Shown here: positions 45,801 through 55,004 of the stretch, piece by piece
Layout of the letters: each line of letters begins with the position of its first letter
Position numbering within the stretch: the stretch's first letter is position 1
DNA from: a virus
Lineage: Duplodnaviria > Caudoviricetes
Reading direction: 5' to 3' (one strand)
Virus record (IMG/VR): IMGVR_UViG_3300020020_000030
Coordinates: 1-63,818 of that record
Length of the DNA stretch: 63,818 nucleotides
Program-made: the position numbers and the translations under genes
Notes under the pieces: model-generated
The model's database searches: none
Told to the model about the DNA's origin: nothing
Seen by the model: the letters and a program-made list of their open reading frames with translations, nothing else

Positions 45801-48101
45801 ACCTGCGGCGGCACGGTCGCCCCATACGCTGTCGGTCGGCGGTCCCTCGACCAAGGACGTGACGCCGGTGATGTAGGCCGCATCCGTAGCAGGAGCAGCG
45901 GCCCCGTCGATGCGCTCCACCACCGCCCAGTCTCTACCGGACGCCGAGGCTTCCGGCGTGACGATCCACGTCCAGACATTGGGGGTCAGCACGGTCCAGA
46001 CTTCCGGGTGGCCGCCGTCAAACCACACCGCGGCCCGATAGCCGGGGGCAGTTGCGAGCACCCACGCGCCGATCCAGCGGGTGTAGCCCACCGCAGCATC
46101 CGTGCCGAGCAGGTACATCAGCTGACGACCCGGGCCAGTGTGGTGAGTCGCCTTCCCCGCGACCGTGATGCCTTGAGGGTGGGGAACAGGGACGGGCGTG
46201 TTCTTGGCGAACGTCCACTCGGTGTCGTACGCCCGAAAGTACCCCTTCGGCCCTGCCGTTGTGGGGTTCGGTGCAACGTTTCGACGCGCCTTCACTGGCG
46301 TCGAGCCGTCGAAGTACGGGCCGGTGTAGGTGCCTGCCACCAGCAAGACCTCATCGACGTCGATCACGTCGCCGACCTGATGGCCCGCCGTGCTGATGTA
46401 CAGCCCGGTGTCGAGCGGGTAGGCGTCGCCCGTTGAGGCAGTGAATCGGAACTCCGTCCAGACATCCTTGGGCGCGGTGAACTGGCCTCCGCGAGTCCCG
46501 CCGATCCCGGCCAAGAGCACCTGATCGCGGGTCCGCGGGCGCACCTTGCCCATGATCGTGTACGGACCCCCGGCGGGAGGGTTCGCCGTGAGGGATATTG
46601 GGCCCTGGCCGGCATAGGTGACGACGAGGCGGAGAGCCTTCGACCTATTGGTGGGTGTGTCGACGGTCTGATAGCCAACCCCCGTCACTCCCCCGGGCTG
46701 CCACCCCGCCACGCCGGGTGCGTGAGCGACGCTCGCGCTGGCGTCGGCGGTCCCGGTCCAGCCGTAGGTGAAGTCGCCGGCCGCGGTGGTCGAGCCGTCG
46801 AAGTAAGCCTTGGCGGTGGCGGACTTCTCCAACAGCGTGTTCCGCATGATGAAGTACGCATTGTCGCCGCCACCAGGAACCGTCACCCAGACCTTCACCT
46901 GATCCGCGCCCTGCGGGAGCACCAGCGGAGCGCTGTTGATACGGACTGTCGTCCCCGGGAGCACGGTGACCATCGTGCCCACGACCTCGCTACCGATCTG
47001 CGCGGTCGCGCTCCACGCTTGCAGGTTGATCTGGACGTTCAGCTGCGGCAGGCCCGCCTCGACTTGGAACTCGGCAGAGAACGTCACGGTGTCACCCTGC
47101 AAGACCGCGCCCTTGCCGGTCGTCCACGGATCGTCGGTGACGCTTTGCAGCCAGTTCTGGTAGAAGTTGCCGCCACCGACCCGCAGGCCAGTCGGGGTGA
47201 CGGTGGCGCTGATGCCACCCTCGCTGGCCGCCCAGTGCCCGACCGCTGACCCGGTGTTCAGGCGGGGCCAGTAGTGCAGGTTCCGGCGCGCCTCGACCGG
47301 CGCGATGGGCGCCTCGAACGACGGGTTGGTGGCCAGGTTCGTCAGGAGCACCTGCGGAGCGCCCGCCGTCTCGAAGGATGGGTTGGTGACCAGGTTCTCG
47401 GCCTGCACGGTCAGCGCGCCCAGCGCCCGGAAGGCCGGGTTGGTCATGCCGTTGCCGCGCACTACGACAGCGGCGCCGGCCGTCTCCATTGACGGGTTCG
47501 TGGCGAGGTTCTCGGCGAGGATGACCTCGGCGCCAGGCAGCTCGAACGAGGGGTGCGTGACGAGGTTGGTGAGCTCGTCGTTCCACACCGCTCCGGGCTT
47601 GGTGATGTCCGCCCGCTCGGGCGGACATGCCGTGAAGAACCGGGTGTCGGATGCGCCGCAGGCGTCGGCGTGCGTGGCGCACTTGCCTGGCGTGAGCGCC
47701 GAGTTCAGCCAGGAGAACCCCGCCTCGAGCGCATCCTCGCCGATCGCCGAGAGCACTGCCCGCACGCGCATCCGGCGCGTGGCGTGGCGGACGCGGCCGA
47801 CGACGCCGCCATCCTGCACACCCTCGGTGACGCTCGCCTCGCGAGTGGAGTCGGGGATGCCCTCAATGGTGAGGGCGTGCGCACCCAGGAAGCGATGCGT
47901 GACCTCGTCCTCGACGTCGTACCAGGGGGCCTGCATGATGTTCGCGTAGGTGTAGGCGTCATCGTTCAGCACGTCGCGGATGCCGTCGCACGGCGGACAC
48001 TGCAACCAGGCCACCGGACAGGGCGCGGTGCGGGTGTAGCCCAGCGAACGAGCGCTGTTGAGCACCTCGCCGCCGCCGAGCTCTAGATAGCCCTCGAACA
48101 C
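42825..48101 (-). CDS. Large minor tail protein (distal-tail-like, with multiple inserted CBM-like domains)
   Basis: 1758 aa directly after the tape measure; repeated NLxTNPSFE and YFDG..WTG...S.S motifs. Confidence 0.8.
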   Translation of the reverse strand: MFEGYLELGGGEVLNSARSLGYTRTAPCPVAWLQCPPCDGIRDVLNDDAYTYANIMQAPWYDVEDEVTHRFLGAHALTIEGIPDSTREASVTEGVQDGGVVGRVRHATRRMRVRAVLSAIGEDALEAGFSWLNSALTPGKCATHADACGASDTRFFTACPPERADITKPGAVWNDELTNLVTHPSFELPGAEVILAENLATNPSMETAGAAVVVRGNGMTNPAFRALGALTVQAENLVTNPSFETAGAPQVLLTNLATNPSFEAPIAPVEARRNLHYWPRLNTGSAVGHWAASEGGISATVTPTGLRVGGGNFYQNWLQSVTDDPWTTGKGAVLQGDTVTFSAEFQVEAGLPQLNVQINLQAWSATAQIGSEVVGTMVTVLPGTTVRINSAPLVLPQGADQVKVWVTVPGGGDNAYFIMRNTLLEKSATAKAYFDGSTTAAGDFTYGWTGTADASASVAHAPGVAGWQPGGVTGVGYQTVDTPTNRSKALRLVVTYAGQGPISLTANPPAGGPYTIMGKVRPRTRDQVLLAGIGGTRGGQFTAPKDVWTEFRFTASTGDAYPLDTGLYISTAGHQVGDVIDVDEVLLVAGTYTGPYFDGSTPVKARRNVAPNPTTAGPKGYFRAYDTEWTFAKNTPVPVPHPQGITVAGKATHHTGPGRQLMYLLGTDAAVGYTRWIGAWVLATAPGYRAAVWFDGGHPEVWTVLTPNVWTWIVTPEASASGRDWAVVERIDGAAAPATDAAYITGVTSLVEGPPTDSVWGDRAAAGGNAAAWEGTANDSPSYLYDPSYTYAWTGTPDASTSTQNVPGVADVPATGSATAMQVADAPVVGSKVLRWTVNSGDNVNLPLTVNPTVGNTYTILGKVRPRTRDTLIQPQIGGTRDLAFTAPKDVWTDFRATLLAGNGFADATGLFLLNSTGHRPGDIIDVDAVMLVAGTYYGNYFDGDTPDGGNIYDWTGVPHDSTSTLSAMSVPGNLRAEGKLSWQTSAGGAMATVIDDTGEGGRGLFMDLVAGQPYTILVRGRAVASNPELRWAGGFLSGPLDWTSEFADYRYQFTATAPTVFLENSAIMGTGVELASILVTEGNYSGAYFDGSTADAGGATYDWTGAPDASTSTQSALGVADVPNPVGARGWQTIDTPADGAKALRFELSTDSWAALPVTTASPPEGVTYTLVGKVRPRTRDQAFTPQIRGAHGAVFTAPKDVWTEFRTSVVAGTSSPVDTGLLLTPGAGHQVGDIVDIDAVVLVAGGYGGPYFDGYTLPDDPDITEVAWVGAPHASTSTVKAMGVENYVGDRVQVVHSTQWAADRGHSLRMVPTGAGMTDNYVSTITDPRTYLLPDTLYTLMVTVHVEAPLTGPLSSNSRGVFVHLNGTTQVQGQGPGQQAPNTPGDHQIRFTFTTPSSLAGYNTIRLYHGGEAGSGDLWWDRFMIVEGDYVGPYFDGASLDSTEEELETPGTNVRAFEWLGTPDASQSLGKTGSVISIPDEEGYVAAVNRLVRVMHTVTCVSGPIVEQKLHRGDTWGYIVEFVLVAAVPWMFGVTTPVALLPSTPIVVQDVPFNLVPYPSAEIASGTVVAATNLATNPSVELNANGWGVWWAGNIPEPLKSFEWTSELASVGSSSVRARLLGNSGANPGNTVVSDTTILSEGISLAGLPAGTRVSASVWAALLLSAGAAPGSTLRSVGASIHWLDGANQIISSVLLGWTNTPADFGGKVFSGKSHPPAAGAVAMRVAITYEYTWTSASGNNSDIRMYADALTVSVP

Positions 48102-48102
48102 G

Positions 48103-51100
48103 TCAGGCCCCGATCCTCTCCGCGATTCGGTTCACGGTCATTGTGGCTGTCGCCTCGGGCGCCAGCGAGCCCTGCACCACGATGGCCCCGGACTCGATGT
48201 TCACCACGCGCGACGTCCCTGCGCTAACGGGAGTGCCGCCACCGGCGCCGGCGCCGGCATAGTCGCCGTACGACATCTTGCCCTGCGCGACCGCAGAGAG
48301 TGCGCGCACCGCCGGATCGACCTGGCTGAGCGGCCGGCGCAGAGGCACGAGCGCCTCGGGCCCCGCCTCGCCCCAGACCGACAGCGTGGCCTGCGACGCG
48401 ATGCCGCCGGCAGCCCGGTTGTCCTGCGTGACCGAGCGGTGGATGGTGGTGATGGTGATGGTCTTGTTGGTCGGCAGCCGGTCGAGCGAGCTCTTCACCG
48501 CGTTCGCTCCCGAGATGGCGTCGTGGTTGTCGACGTCGATGTCAGGCGTGTAGGTCTTGGCGTCCAGCTTCTCGAGCGCATCTGACGTCGCCCGGGTCTT
48601 GTCCTTCGCCTTGGAGTCGTTGACGTCGATCTTGGGGACGGCCGTCGACGCATCCATCGCGTCGAGCTTCTTCTTGGTGGCGTCGGCCTTGGTCGTGCCC
48701 GGGACGTTGTTGACGTCGAGGGTCGGCGTGAAGGTCTGCTTGCCGAAGGTGCTCATCTTGTTCGCAGTGCTCTCGAGCACCGCGCCGGCGGGGTCTCCGT
48801 TCGCGTCCAGCTTGGTCGTGTGCGTGGTGTCCGCGAAGGTCTGCATCTTGTTCGCGGTGTCCTCGAGCACAGCGCCGGCAGGATCGCCGTTCGCATCGAG
48901 CGTCGTGGTGGTGACCTTGGCCTCGAGACCCATGAGCTTCGAGACGGTGTCGTCGATGACTCCGCCGACCGGGTCGCCGTTCGCGTCGAGCGTGGTCTTG
49001 TAGACCTTGTTCTCGAAGCCGTAGAGCTGCGTGGCCGTCGCCTCGAGGGCGTAGCTCATCGGGTCGCCGTTGGCGTCGAGCGTGGTGGTGTAGGTGCTGA
49101 TCTGTAGGTTGTCGAGCTCCGCCTGAATCGCAGCCGCCTGCGCCGCCGCCTCTTCCGCGTCCAGCGCCAGCACCGGGTTGACCTCGATCAGCCCGAGCTC
49201 GTAGAGGCGCGTCGCGAAGGCATCCGCCATCTCCATGCCGGCCGACGTGTTGGCGCTGATCAGCGTCTCGACGTCGCCGGGGATGAGGCCGAGCTTGTCG
49301 GCGTACTCCTCGGCCGAGAGGCCACCGAGATCCATGCCGTCCACGGCGGCGATGACCGCATCGCGGCCAGCCTGAATCGACTTCGCCGCCTCCTCGGAGC
49401 TGCCGGTGAGGTTGTACTGCTCGCTGGCGAGATCCAGCGTGGCCGCGGCCAGGTCGAGGACGGCCTGCTGGTTCGCCGCGCCGGCCTCGGTGCTCGCGGC
49501 CCATGCGTTGCCGTTCTGGCCGAGGCTCTCATTGACCGCCCGGATCGACTCTTCGTAGTCGAGCGATGCGCTCTGCTGGTCGCGGAACGCCGACCCCAGT
49601 GTGGTGATCCCATCCGCGACACCCTCCACGGCGTCGAGCGCGGCGAGCGACTTGCCGGTGAGCAGCTCAAGCGCGTCGGCCTGCAGCTCGGCGGCTCCTG
49701 CGCCATCCTCGAGTCCGCCGGTGAGCGCCACGAAAGCGTCGAGGCTCCCCTCGGCGGCGGGCTGTGCCCGGCCCAGCGCCAACCGCACCAGGTCGGTGCT
49801 CTCGACCACGCCGTCCTCGGCGTATGCGGCATCCTCGAGCGCGGACTTGAACTCCGGCATCGAGTCGAGCATCGCCAGGACTTGCTTATCCGTGGCGCCG
49901 AGCTCCTTCGCCCAGCCCGAGAAGTTCTCGACCTGATCCTCGAGCGGGAGATCCTTCATGCCCTTGTCGAGCTCCATGAGCGCGGCGTTCAGGTCGTGCG
50001 CACCGCTCGAGGTCTCCGTCATGGCGGCACCGAACTGATCGAAGATGTTGCCGCTGTTCCACTTGGCCAGCCCCGCGATCGCCTCGTCGGCGTTCTTGAA
50101 CGGCTTCGAGAGTCCGTCGGCCGCGCCGGAGAGCTTGTCGATCGTGGCGATGAGCGACTGCTGCCCATGCGTGGCGTTCTTGACGATGCCGTCGATCTGC
50201 GCGAGCTCGCGCGCCCAGTCGGCCACGGCATCCGTGAGTGCGACGAATCCGACGACGGCGGCGCCGATGAGGCCCGCCTTGCCGAGTGCGCCGAGCTTGC
50301 CGCTGAGCTTGCCCGTGCTGGCGGCTGCTGTCCCCGCGGAGATGCCGACCTTCTCGAGAGCCCCCGAGAGCAGGCCGAACCCCTTCGAGACCGCGCCGGC
50401 GATCTTGAGCGCGGCCAGCGCGCTGCCGATGGCCATGAGCCCGCCGGCGATGGCGACCCAGGCGCCGGGAGGCACGGCCTCGACCATGTCGTTCAGCGCC
50501 TCGGCGACGCCGACCATCGTCGGTGTCAGTGGAGCCAGCGTCTCGCCGATGTCGGCGAGGATGTCCACGAACAGGCCGAGCGGATCGAGCGCCCCGAGGA
50601 TCTCGAGCAGGTTGCCGATCGAGGGCGCGAGCCGCTCGAGGTTCTCGAGCAGCTTCACCGTGTTGTCGATGGCCTGCGGCGTGACCAGGTCGTTGAGTGC
50701 CTGGCTCACGGCGTCGAGCGTGCCGCCGAAGGCGTCCCACACGCGCTGCGCGTTGCCGACCCAGTCCTCGAAGCCGCTCGAGCGGGTGAAGGCGTCGAAC
50801 TTGTTCGTGAGCCGGTCGAGCCAGTCGAACAGATCCTCGACGAGAGGCTGTGCGCCGTTGAATGCCCGGATCAGCGCCGTGCCGAAGGTGCCGACGATGC
50901 CGCCGAGCCGGGTGAGGTTGGGCCCTGCGAGCAGGATGGCCTCGTTGATCTCCTCGAACGCCGCGGTGCCGGGCTTGGTCCCATCGGCGAAGTCGTCGAT
51001 CAGGTCGCCGAGCGCGCTGCCGACCTTCTGCAGCGCGGGCGAGAGGGCGGTGACGCTGCCGCGCAGATCGTAGAAGGCGTCGTCGATCTCGTCGAACGCC

Positions 51101-52212
51101 GCCTGCGAGATGGCGTCCCCGACGTCGCCGAGCGTCTCCTTGAAGCGGTTGAAGGACTGGATCGTCGGCCGCATCGCTGCTGGCGCTGACCCGATCTCCT
51201 GGTTCAGATCCGAGAACACCGAGACGAGACCGACGACGCCGATGACCGCGGAGGTTGCGGCACCGCCGATGGCAACCAGAGCGGCGCCGGCAGCCGAGCC
51301 GAGCGCCGCGACCTGCGGAGCGGCGCTGGCGACCAGGCCGATCACGAGCTGCACGTCCTTGTCGAGCGCCGCGAACGGGTTCAGCTTTTGCAGGTTCGCC
51401 CACACTCGGCTGAGTCGCTGCGTCGAGACCTCGAGCCGGTTGATGTTCTTGGTCGAGCGATCGACAGAGTCGCGGGTCTTGTCGAGGCTGTCGACCCACT
51501 CCTCGATGTCGCCACGCGAGCGGCCGAGTGCCGCGCCGGTGCCCTCGAGCTCACTCTTGAGCCGCGCGAAGGCGACGTCCGTGCCGCCGACCTCCGCCGC
51601 CATCTTGCCGAAGGCGTCGGTGTCGCCGGCCGTGCGGATCAGCCGGCGCAGGTCTGCGTCGAGAGACTCGGTCTGCCGGGCGAGATCCTTCTCCCGCGCG
51701 ATCACCGGCTCGAGCTCGTCGCCGAGCTCGCGGGCAGCCTTCTGCATCTGCCGCATGGTCGTCCATGCGAGGACGTTCTTCTCGACCAGGTCGCCGTTCG
51801 CGTCGACGGTGCGGTAGGTCTCCTTGTTCAGCGCCTCGAGATCGAGATCGAGCTGCCTGACCGCGTCGTCGACGGTGTCGAACCCGCTGGCGAACTCCCG
51901 GAAGGTGTCCTTGTCGGCGAGGATCTCGGCGACGTTGCGCTGCATCTTGCGGAAGCGGTCGGTGACGACGTCGTTGAAGTCGTCCGTGAACCGGCGCGCG
52001 GCGAGCTTGCCCTGGGCCGAGAGCTTGTCCGCGAAGTTCTGCCCGATGCTCGAGATGCGCTTCTGGAACGACGCCTCGAAGTTGTCCCCGAAGTCCTTGC
52101 CACCCTTGGTGCCGGCGGCGGCGATCTGGTTCGCGAGCTTGCGGGCCTGAGCCGGCAGCTTGTTCCCATCGAGACCGACGAGGAACTCTACGCGCCCGAT
52201 CGTTGTCGCCAC
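48103..52212 (-). CDS. Tape measure protein
   Basis: 1369 aa, Ala/Gly-rich helical; C-terminal TTTLDANGDP repeats; GEAGPEALVPL. Confidence 0.9.
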   Translation of the reverse strand: MATTIGRVEFLVGLDGNKLPAQARKLANQIAAAGTKGGKDFGDNFEASFQKRISSIGQNFADKLSAQGKLAARRFTDDFNDVVTDRFRKMQRNVAEILADKDTFREFASGFDTVDDAVRQLDLDLEALNKETYRTVDANGDLVEKNVLAWTTMRQMQKAARELGDELEPVIAREKDLARQTESLDADLRRLIRTAGDTDAFGKMAAEVGGTDVAFARLKSELEGTGAALGRSRGDIEEWVDSLDKTRDSVDRSTKNINRLEVSTQRLSRVWANLQKLNPFAALDKDVQLVIGLVASAAPQVAALGSAAGAALVAIGGAATSAVIGVVGLVSVFSDLNQEIGSAPAAMRPTIQSFNRFKETLGDVGDAISQAAFDEIDDAFYDLRGSVTALSPALQKVGSALGDLIDDFADGTKPGTAAFEEINEAILLAGPNLTRLGGIVGTFGTALIRAFNGAQPLVEDLFDWLDRLTNKFDAFTRSSGFEDWVGNAQRVWDAFGGTLDAVSQALNDLVTPQAIDNTVKLLENLERLAPSIGNLLEILGALDPLGLFVDILADIGETLAPLTPTMVGVAEALNDMVEAVPPGAWVAIAGGLMAIGSALAALKIAGAVSKGFGLLSGALEKVGISAGTAAASTGKLSGKLGALGKAGLIGAAVVGFVALTDAVADWARELAQIDGIVKNATHGQQSLIATIDKLSGAADGLSKPFKNADEAIAGLAKWNSGNIFDQFGAAMTETSSGAHDLNAALMELDKGMKDLPLEDQVENFSGWAKELGATDKQVLAMLDSMPEFKSALEDAAYAEDGVVESTDLVRLALGRAQPAAEGSLDAFVALTGGLEDGAGAAELQADALELLTGKSLAALDAVEGVADGITTLGSAFRDQQSASLDYEESIRAVNESLGQNGNAWAASTEAGAANQQAVLDLAAATLDLASEQYNLTGSSEEAAKSIQAGRDAVIAAVDGMDLGGLSAEEYADKLGLIPGDVETLISANTSAGMEMADAFATRLYELGLIEVNPVLALDAEEAAAQAAAIQAELDNLQISTYTTTLDANGDPMSYALEATATQLYGFENKVYKTTLDANGDPVGGVIDDTVSKLMGLEAKVTTTTLDANGDPAGAVLEDTANKMQTFADTTHTTKLDANGDPAGAVLESTANKMSTFGKQTFTPTLDVNNVPGTTKADATKKKLDAMDASTAVPKIDVNDSKAKDKTRATSDALEKLDAKTYTPDIDVDNHDAISGANAVKSSLDRLPTNKTITITTIHRSVTQDNRAAGGIASQATLSVWGEAGPEALVPLRRPLSQVDPAVRALSAVAQGKMSYGDYAGAGAGGGTPVSAGTSRVVNIESGAIVVQGSLAPEATATMTVNRIAERIGA

Positions 52213-52228
52213 CGGGCACCCCCCCGCG

Positions 52229-52512
52229 TCATAGCGCTTTCTGCGCCTGAGAGAACAGGGCCATCTCTTCGTCCACGACGGCCTGGCTCACTTTATCGCT
52301 GCTGCCCCGATTCGTGGGAGCGTTCAGATCTTCGAGCCATCTCTCGAGGTCGTCGTGGGGGATCCGCTCGACGCACCAGAGGTAGATCAGGTTGAGGAAG
52401 CGGCCGAGGGGAAGGCGGAGGGGATCGACCCTTTGCCGGGCGCACGCCCCGTCGATTTCTTGCCACCTTGCTTCGGCGATCCAGAGGAGCCGGTAGACCG
52501 TGTAGGTGGGAT
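52229..52512 (-). CDS. Tail assembly chaperone C-terminal extension (-1 frameshift product)
   Basis: Open -1 frame ..DPTYTVYRLLWIAEARWQEIDG..LGRFLNLIYLW..QKAL* with no obvious start codon of its own. Confidence 0.6.
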
Positions 52513-52866
52513 CCCGTCGGACACCATCGCCACAATCGAGTCCACGATGCCCTTGTCGTTGTTCTCGTCACCGCCGATGAGCAGGTCGGTGGAGACGACA
52601 CCCTGCGCGACGAGCTTGCGGAGGCGCCGGTAGCCGTTGCCCTGCAAGGTGCCCTCGAGAAACTCGAGACTGCCGGTGAGCACGTCGCTCTGCCGACCGC
52701 CGCTGAGCGTGGCGGACAGGAGCACGATCTGGGTATTCGTCGGGATGTTCGCGACGAACTCCTGGCCGGCGAGCGAGAACTCAAAGACCTCGGGCTCTGC
52801 GCCCTCCTCTTCCGAGTCCTCCTGCTCGACCCGCTTGGCTGCGGCGATGAACTGTTGCTTGGTCAT
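52387..52866 (-). CDS. Tail assembly chaperone
   Basis: ATG (MTKQQF); directly upstream of the tape measure. Confidence 0.7.
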   Translation of the reverse strand: MTKQQFIAAAKRVEQEDSEEEGAEPEVFEFSLAGQEFVANIPTNTQIVLLSATLSGGRQSDVLTGSLEFLEGTLQGNGYRRLRKLVAQGVVSTDLLIGGDENNDKGIVDSIVAMVSDGIPPTRSTGSSGSPKQGGKKSTGRAPGKGSIPSAFPSAASST

Positions 52867-52888
52867 GGGGCACAGAATACACGCACCG

Positions 52889-53389
52889 CTAGCGCGTGTA
52901 GGGTCCGAGCGTGCGCGCAGCTGCGCGAGCGATCCACGGGTTCGCCCGCTGGCCACTGACCTGCTCGATGCGCTTGAGCGGGTTGCCGTCGAACGAGTCC
53001 TCGGCGCCGCGGCCCTTGTAGTAGATCCATGAGGACTTGGGAACCCACAGGTGCCCGCGCCGGCCGGTGATCGGGCCGTGCGTGCCGCGGTGCACGTACT
53101 CGGCGTACGGCGCGGTGTTGTAGAGCGACCCCCACACGCCGTAGGGCGAGCCGGGTCCGTCGAGCGTGCCCTTGAGCGATCCGGTCAGCCGGTGCGAGCG
53201 CATGAGGTTGCCGGGTGCGTGAGATCCGCCGCGCGGGTCGATGCGCAGTGCGCCCTGCGGTGCCTCGTTCATCGCGTTGCGCAGGAGCAGGCGCATCTGC
53301 GTGGTGTGCCAGCGCGACGCATCGCCGCCGGGGGCGAACAGCGACGCGATGCCCTTGTCGTTGACCCGGACGATCGCCGTGGTAGCCAC
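52889..53389 (-). CDS. Neck / tail-completion protein (HK97 gp10-like)
   Basis: NTAPYAEYVHRGT...VSGQRANPW; GTG start overlapping the upstream stop. Confidence 0.7.
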   Translation of the reverse strand: MATTAIVRVNDKGIASLFAPGGDASRWHTTQMRLLLRNAMNEAPQGALRIDPRGGSHAPGNLMRSHRLTGSLKGTLDGPGSPYGVWGSLYNTAPYAEYVHRGTHGPITGRRGHLWVPKSSWIYYKGRGAEDSFDGNPLKRIEQVSGQRANPWIARAAARTLGPYTR

Positions 53390-53928
53390 TAGACCCTCCG
53401 CACCGCGATCTGCCAGGCGCCGCCGCCGACGCCGCCGATCGAGTCGAGCGGCGAGTACAGGCCGAGTGAGACCTCGACGTCGTCGGCACCGTCGTGCGCG
53501 CCTCGGAAGCAGCACAGGATCGCGCGGCGCATCGCCTGCATATCGGCGGTGTACAGCCGCACCGAGCCGAGCTGCTCCTCCATCGTCGGGGGGACGAACT
53601 TGCCGGCAACCGTCTTGCCCACCGGCTCGCACCGCGAGACGCCGACCTCGAGCAGATAGGCGAGCCCGACCTCGCACCGGGTGTTCACGCCGACGCCGGG
53701 CGTCGGGAAGTCGTCGGAGGGGAAGGCGTTGATCAGCCGGACCCACGCCTGGCCGCATCCATCCTTGCACCCGTCACTGCCGGAGAAGTCGATCACCGGC
53801 GCCGAGCCGGGCATCGGCGCACAGCGGCAGACGGGCGGGAGCCCGGATGCCTCGAGCTCCGCGCAGAGACACGCGACGAGCTCGACGATCAGCGGGTAGA
53901 CGTCGAGATCCTCCCTGAACTCGGGCAT
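53389..53928 (-). CDS. Tail terminator-like protein
   Basis: Cys-rich, EVGVSRC...GGVGGGAW; position. Confidence 0.65.
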   Translation of the reverse strand: MPEFREDLDVYPLIVELVACLCAELEASGLPPVCRCAPMPGSAPVIDFSGSDGCKDGCGQAWVRLINAFPSDDFPTPGVGVNTRCEVGLAYLLEVGVSRCEPVGKTVAGKFVPPTMEEQLGSVRLYTADMQAMRRAILCCFRGAHDGADDVEVSLGLYSPLDSIGGVGGGAWQIAVRRV

Positions 53929-54755
53929 CAGCCCACCGTCGTCATGCGGGTGCGGCGGGTGTCCGGCGACGCGATCACCGGGGCCACCCGCAGGCCGAAG
54001 GGGTTGTAGGCGTCGATGAGCGCGTCGACCTCGGGGATGTTCGTCTTGCCGCCGGGGAACATGCCGGCCTCAAGCTGGATGTTCACGCCCTGGCGCGCGA
54101 CGCTGATCGTGCCGGCCGGCAGGGTGCACTCGCCGCCGGTGCAGGCCGCGTAGAACTCGGTCGCCAGTCTGCCGGCAGCCCAGAGCGTCACGTCGGAGGG
54201 AGCCGCGCCGAGGTAGTACGTCACGCTGAATGCGTCCGTGCCGTGCGCGTCTTGGCTGAGATCCTGGCAGCTCGGCCAGCAGTCGCCGTCGACACGCACC
54301 AGCCGGTTGCCGTTGTCGACGCGGTACGCCGCGGGATCGAGCACCGCGCCGTTGAGCCAGACCTCGACGACGCCGCCGATCGGGCCGGGCAGGATCGCCT
54401 CGCACAGCGCCGCGCATCCGCAGTCGTTGGGGCCGGCACAGCCGCAGGAGTTGACCCACGCGCCATCGGGCCCGACGTGCGGCGCGAACCGGGTGTACAC
54501 GCCCGGTCGTACGCCAGCGAAGTTGCCGGCGTACAGCGCGGGCGAGATCATCCACGTGCCGGGCGCCTGGCATCCGGCGTTGCAGGGGCGCACCGTGATC
54601 GGGCACATCCCCACCTGCCAGCCGGTGAGACTCGCGAGACTGATCCACGCGAACGCCTCCGCTCGCGCTACGGCGTCAGGATCGAGAGCCGCGAACTCCT
54701 CGTCGGTGTACTTGCACGACCAATCCGCGCCGGGCGGGTAACAGGTGGTGGTCAT
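53928..54755 (-). CDS. Head-to-tail adaptor
   Basis: CPITVRPC, LVRVDGDCWP, SVARQGV, PEVDALI..YNP; ATG at 54755. Confidence 0.75.
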   Translation of the reverse strand: MTTTCYPPGADWSCKYTDEEFAALDPDAVARAEAFAWISLASLTGWQVGMCPITVRPCNAGCQAPGTWMISPALYAGNFAGVRPGVYTRFAPHVGPDGAWVNSCGCAGPNDCGCAALCEAILPGPIGGVVEVWLNGAVLDPAAYRVDNGNRLVRVDGDCWPSCQDLSQDAHGTDAFSVTYYLGAAPSDVTLWAAGRLATEFYAACTGGECTLPAGTISVARQGVNIQLEAGMFPGGKTNIPEVDALIDAYNPFGLRVAPVIASPDTRRTRMTTVG

Positions 54756-54813
54756 CGCGTCTCCCTCGTCGGCTGATTCTCCCATTGACGGCGCTCCGCG
54801 CGATAGACGAGAC

Positions 54814-54842
54814 TTGCAGGCTCGGCACTTGCGAGCTACTCT
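54814..54842 (+). promoter_or_regulatory. sigmaA-type promoter of the Y RNA-Ro60 cassette
   Basis: TTGCAG-17bp-TACTCT. Confidence 0.7.
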
Positions 54843-54869
54843 GTACCCCACAACTCCACAGCAGACTTC

Positions 54870-54999
54870 CGTAGCGGGTCGCTGAGATCTCGGTTATCTC
54901 GCAGATATCTTGGTTCGACTCCAACGGCGTGCGGGGCCTTACACGCCTCCCGCTGGGCCCGATGGCAGGGCCACCCGGGGCTCATTCCCATCCGCTACG
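54870..54999 (+). ncRNA. Y RNA 1 (YrlA-like, divergent tRNA-mimic domain)
   Basis: Terminal stem CGTAGCGG/CCGCTACG; GGGTCG/CATCC bulged-C helix; CGGTTA box; T-arm TTGG-TTCGACT-CCAA; acceptor-like and D-like hairpins. Confidence 0.8.
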
Positions 55000-55004
55000 A
55001 CATC

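Noticed and set aside
44390-46570. Diversity-generating retroelement acting on the tail repeats
   Set aside because: No reverse transcriptase is recognisable and there is no adenine-specific TR/VR pattern.
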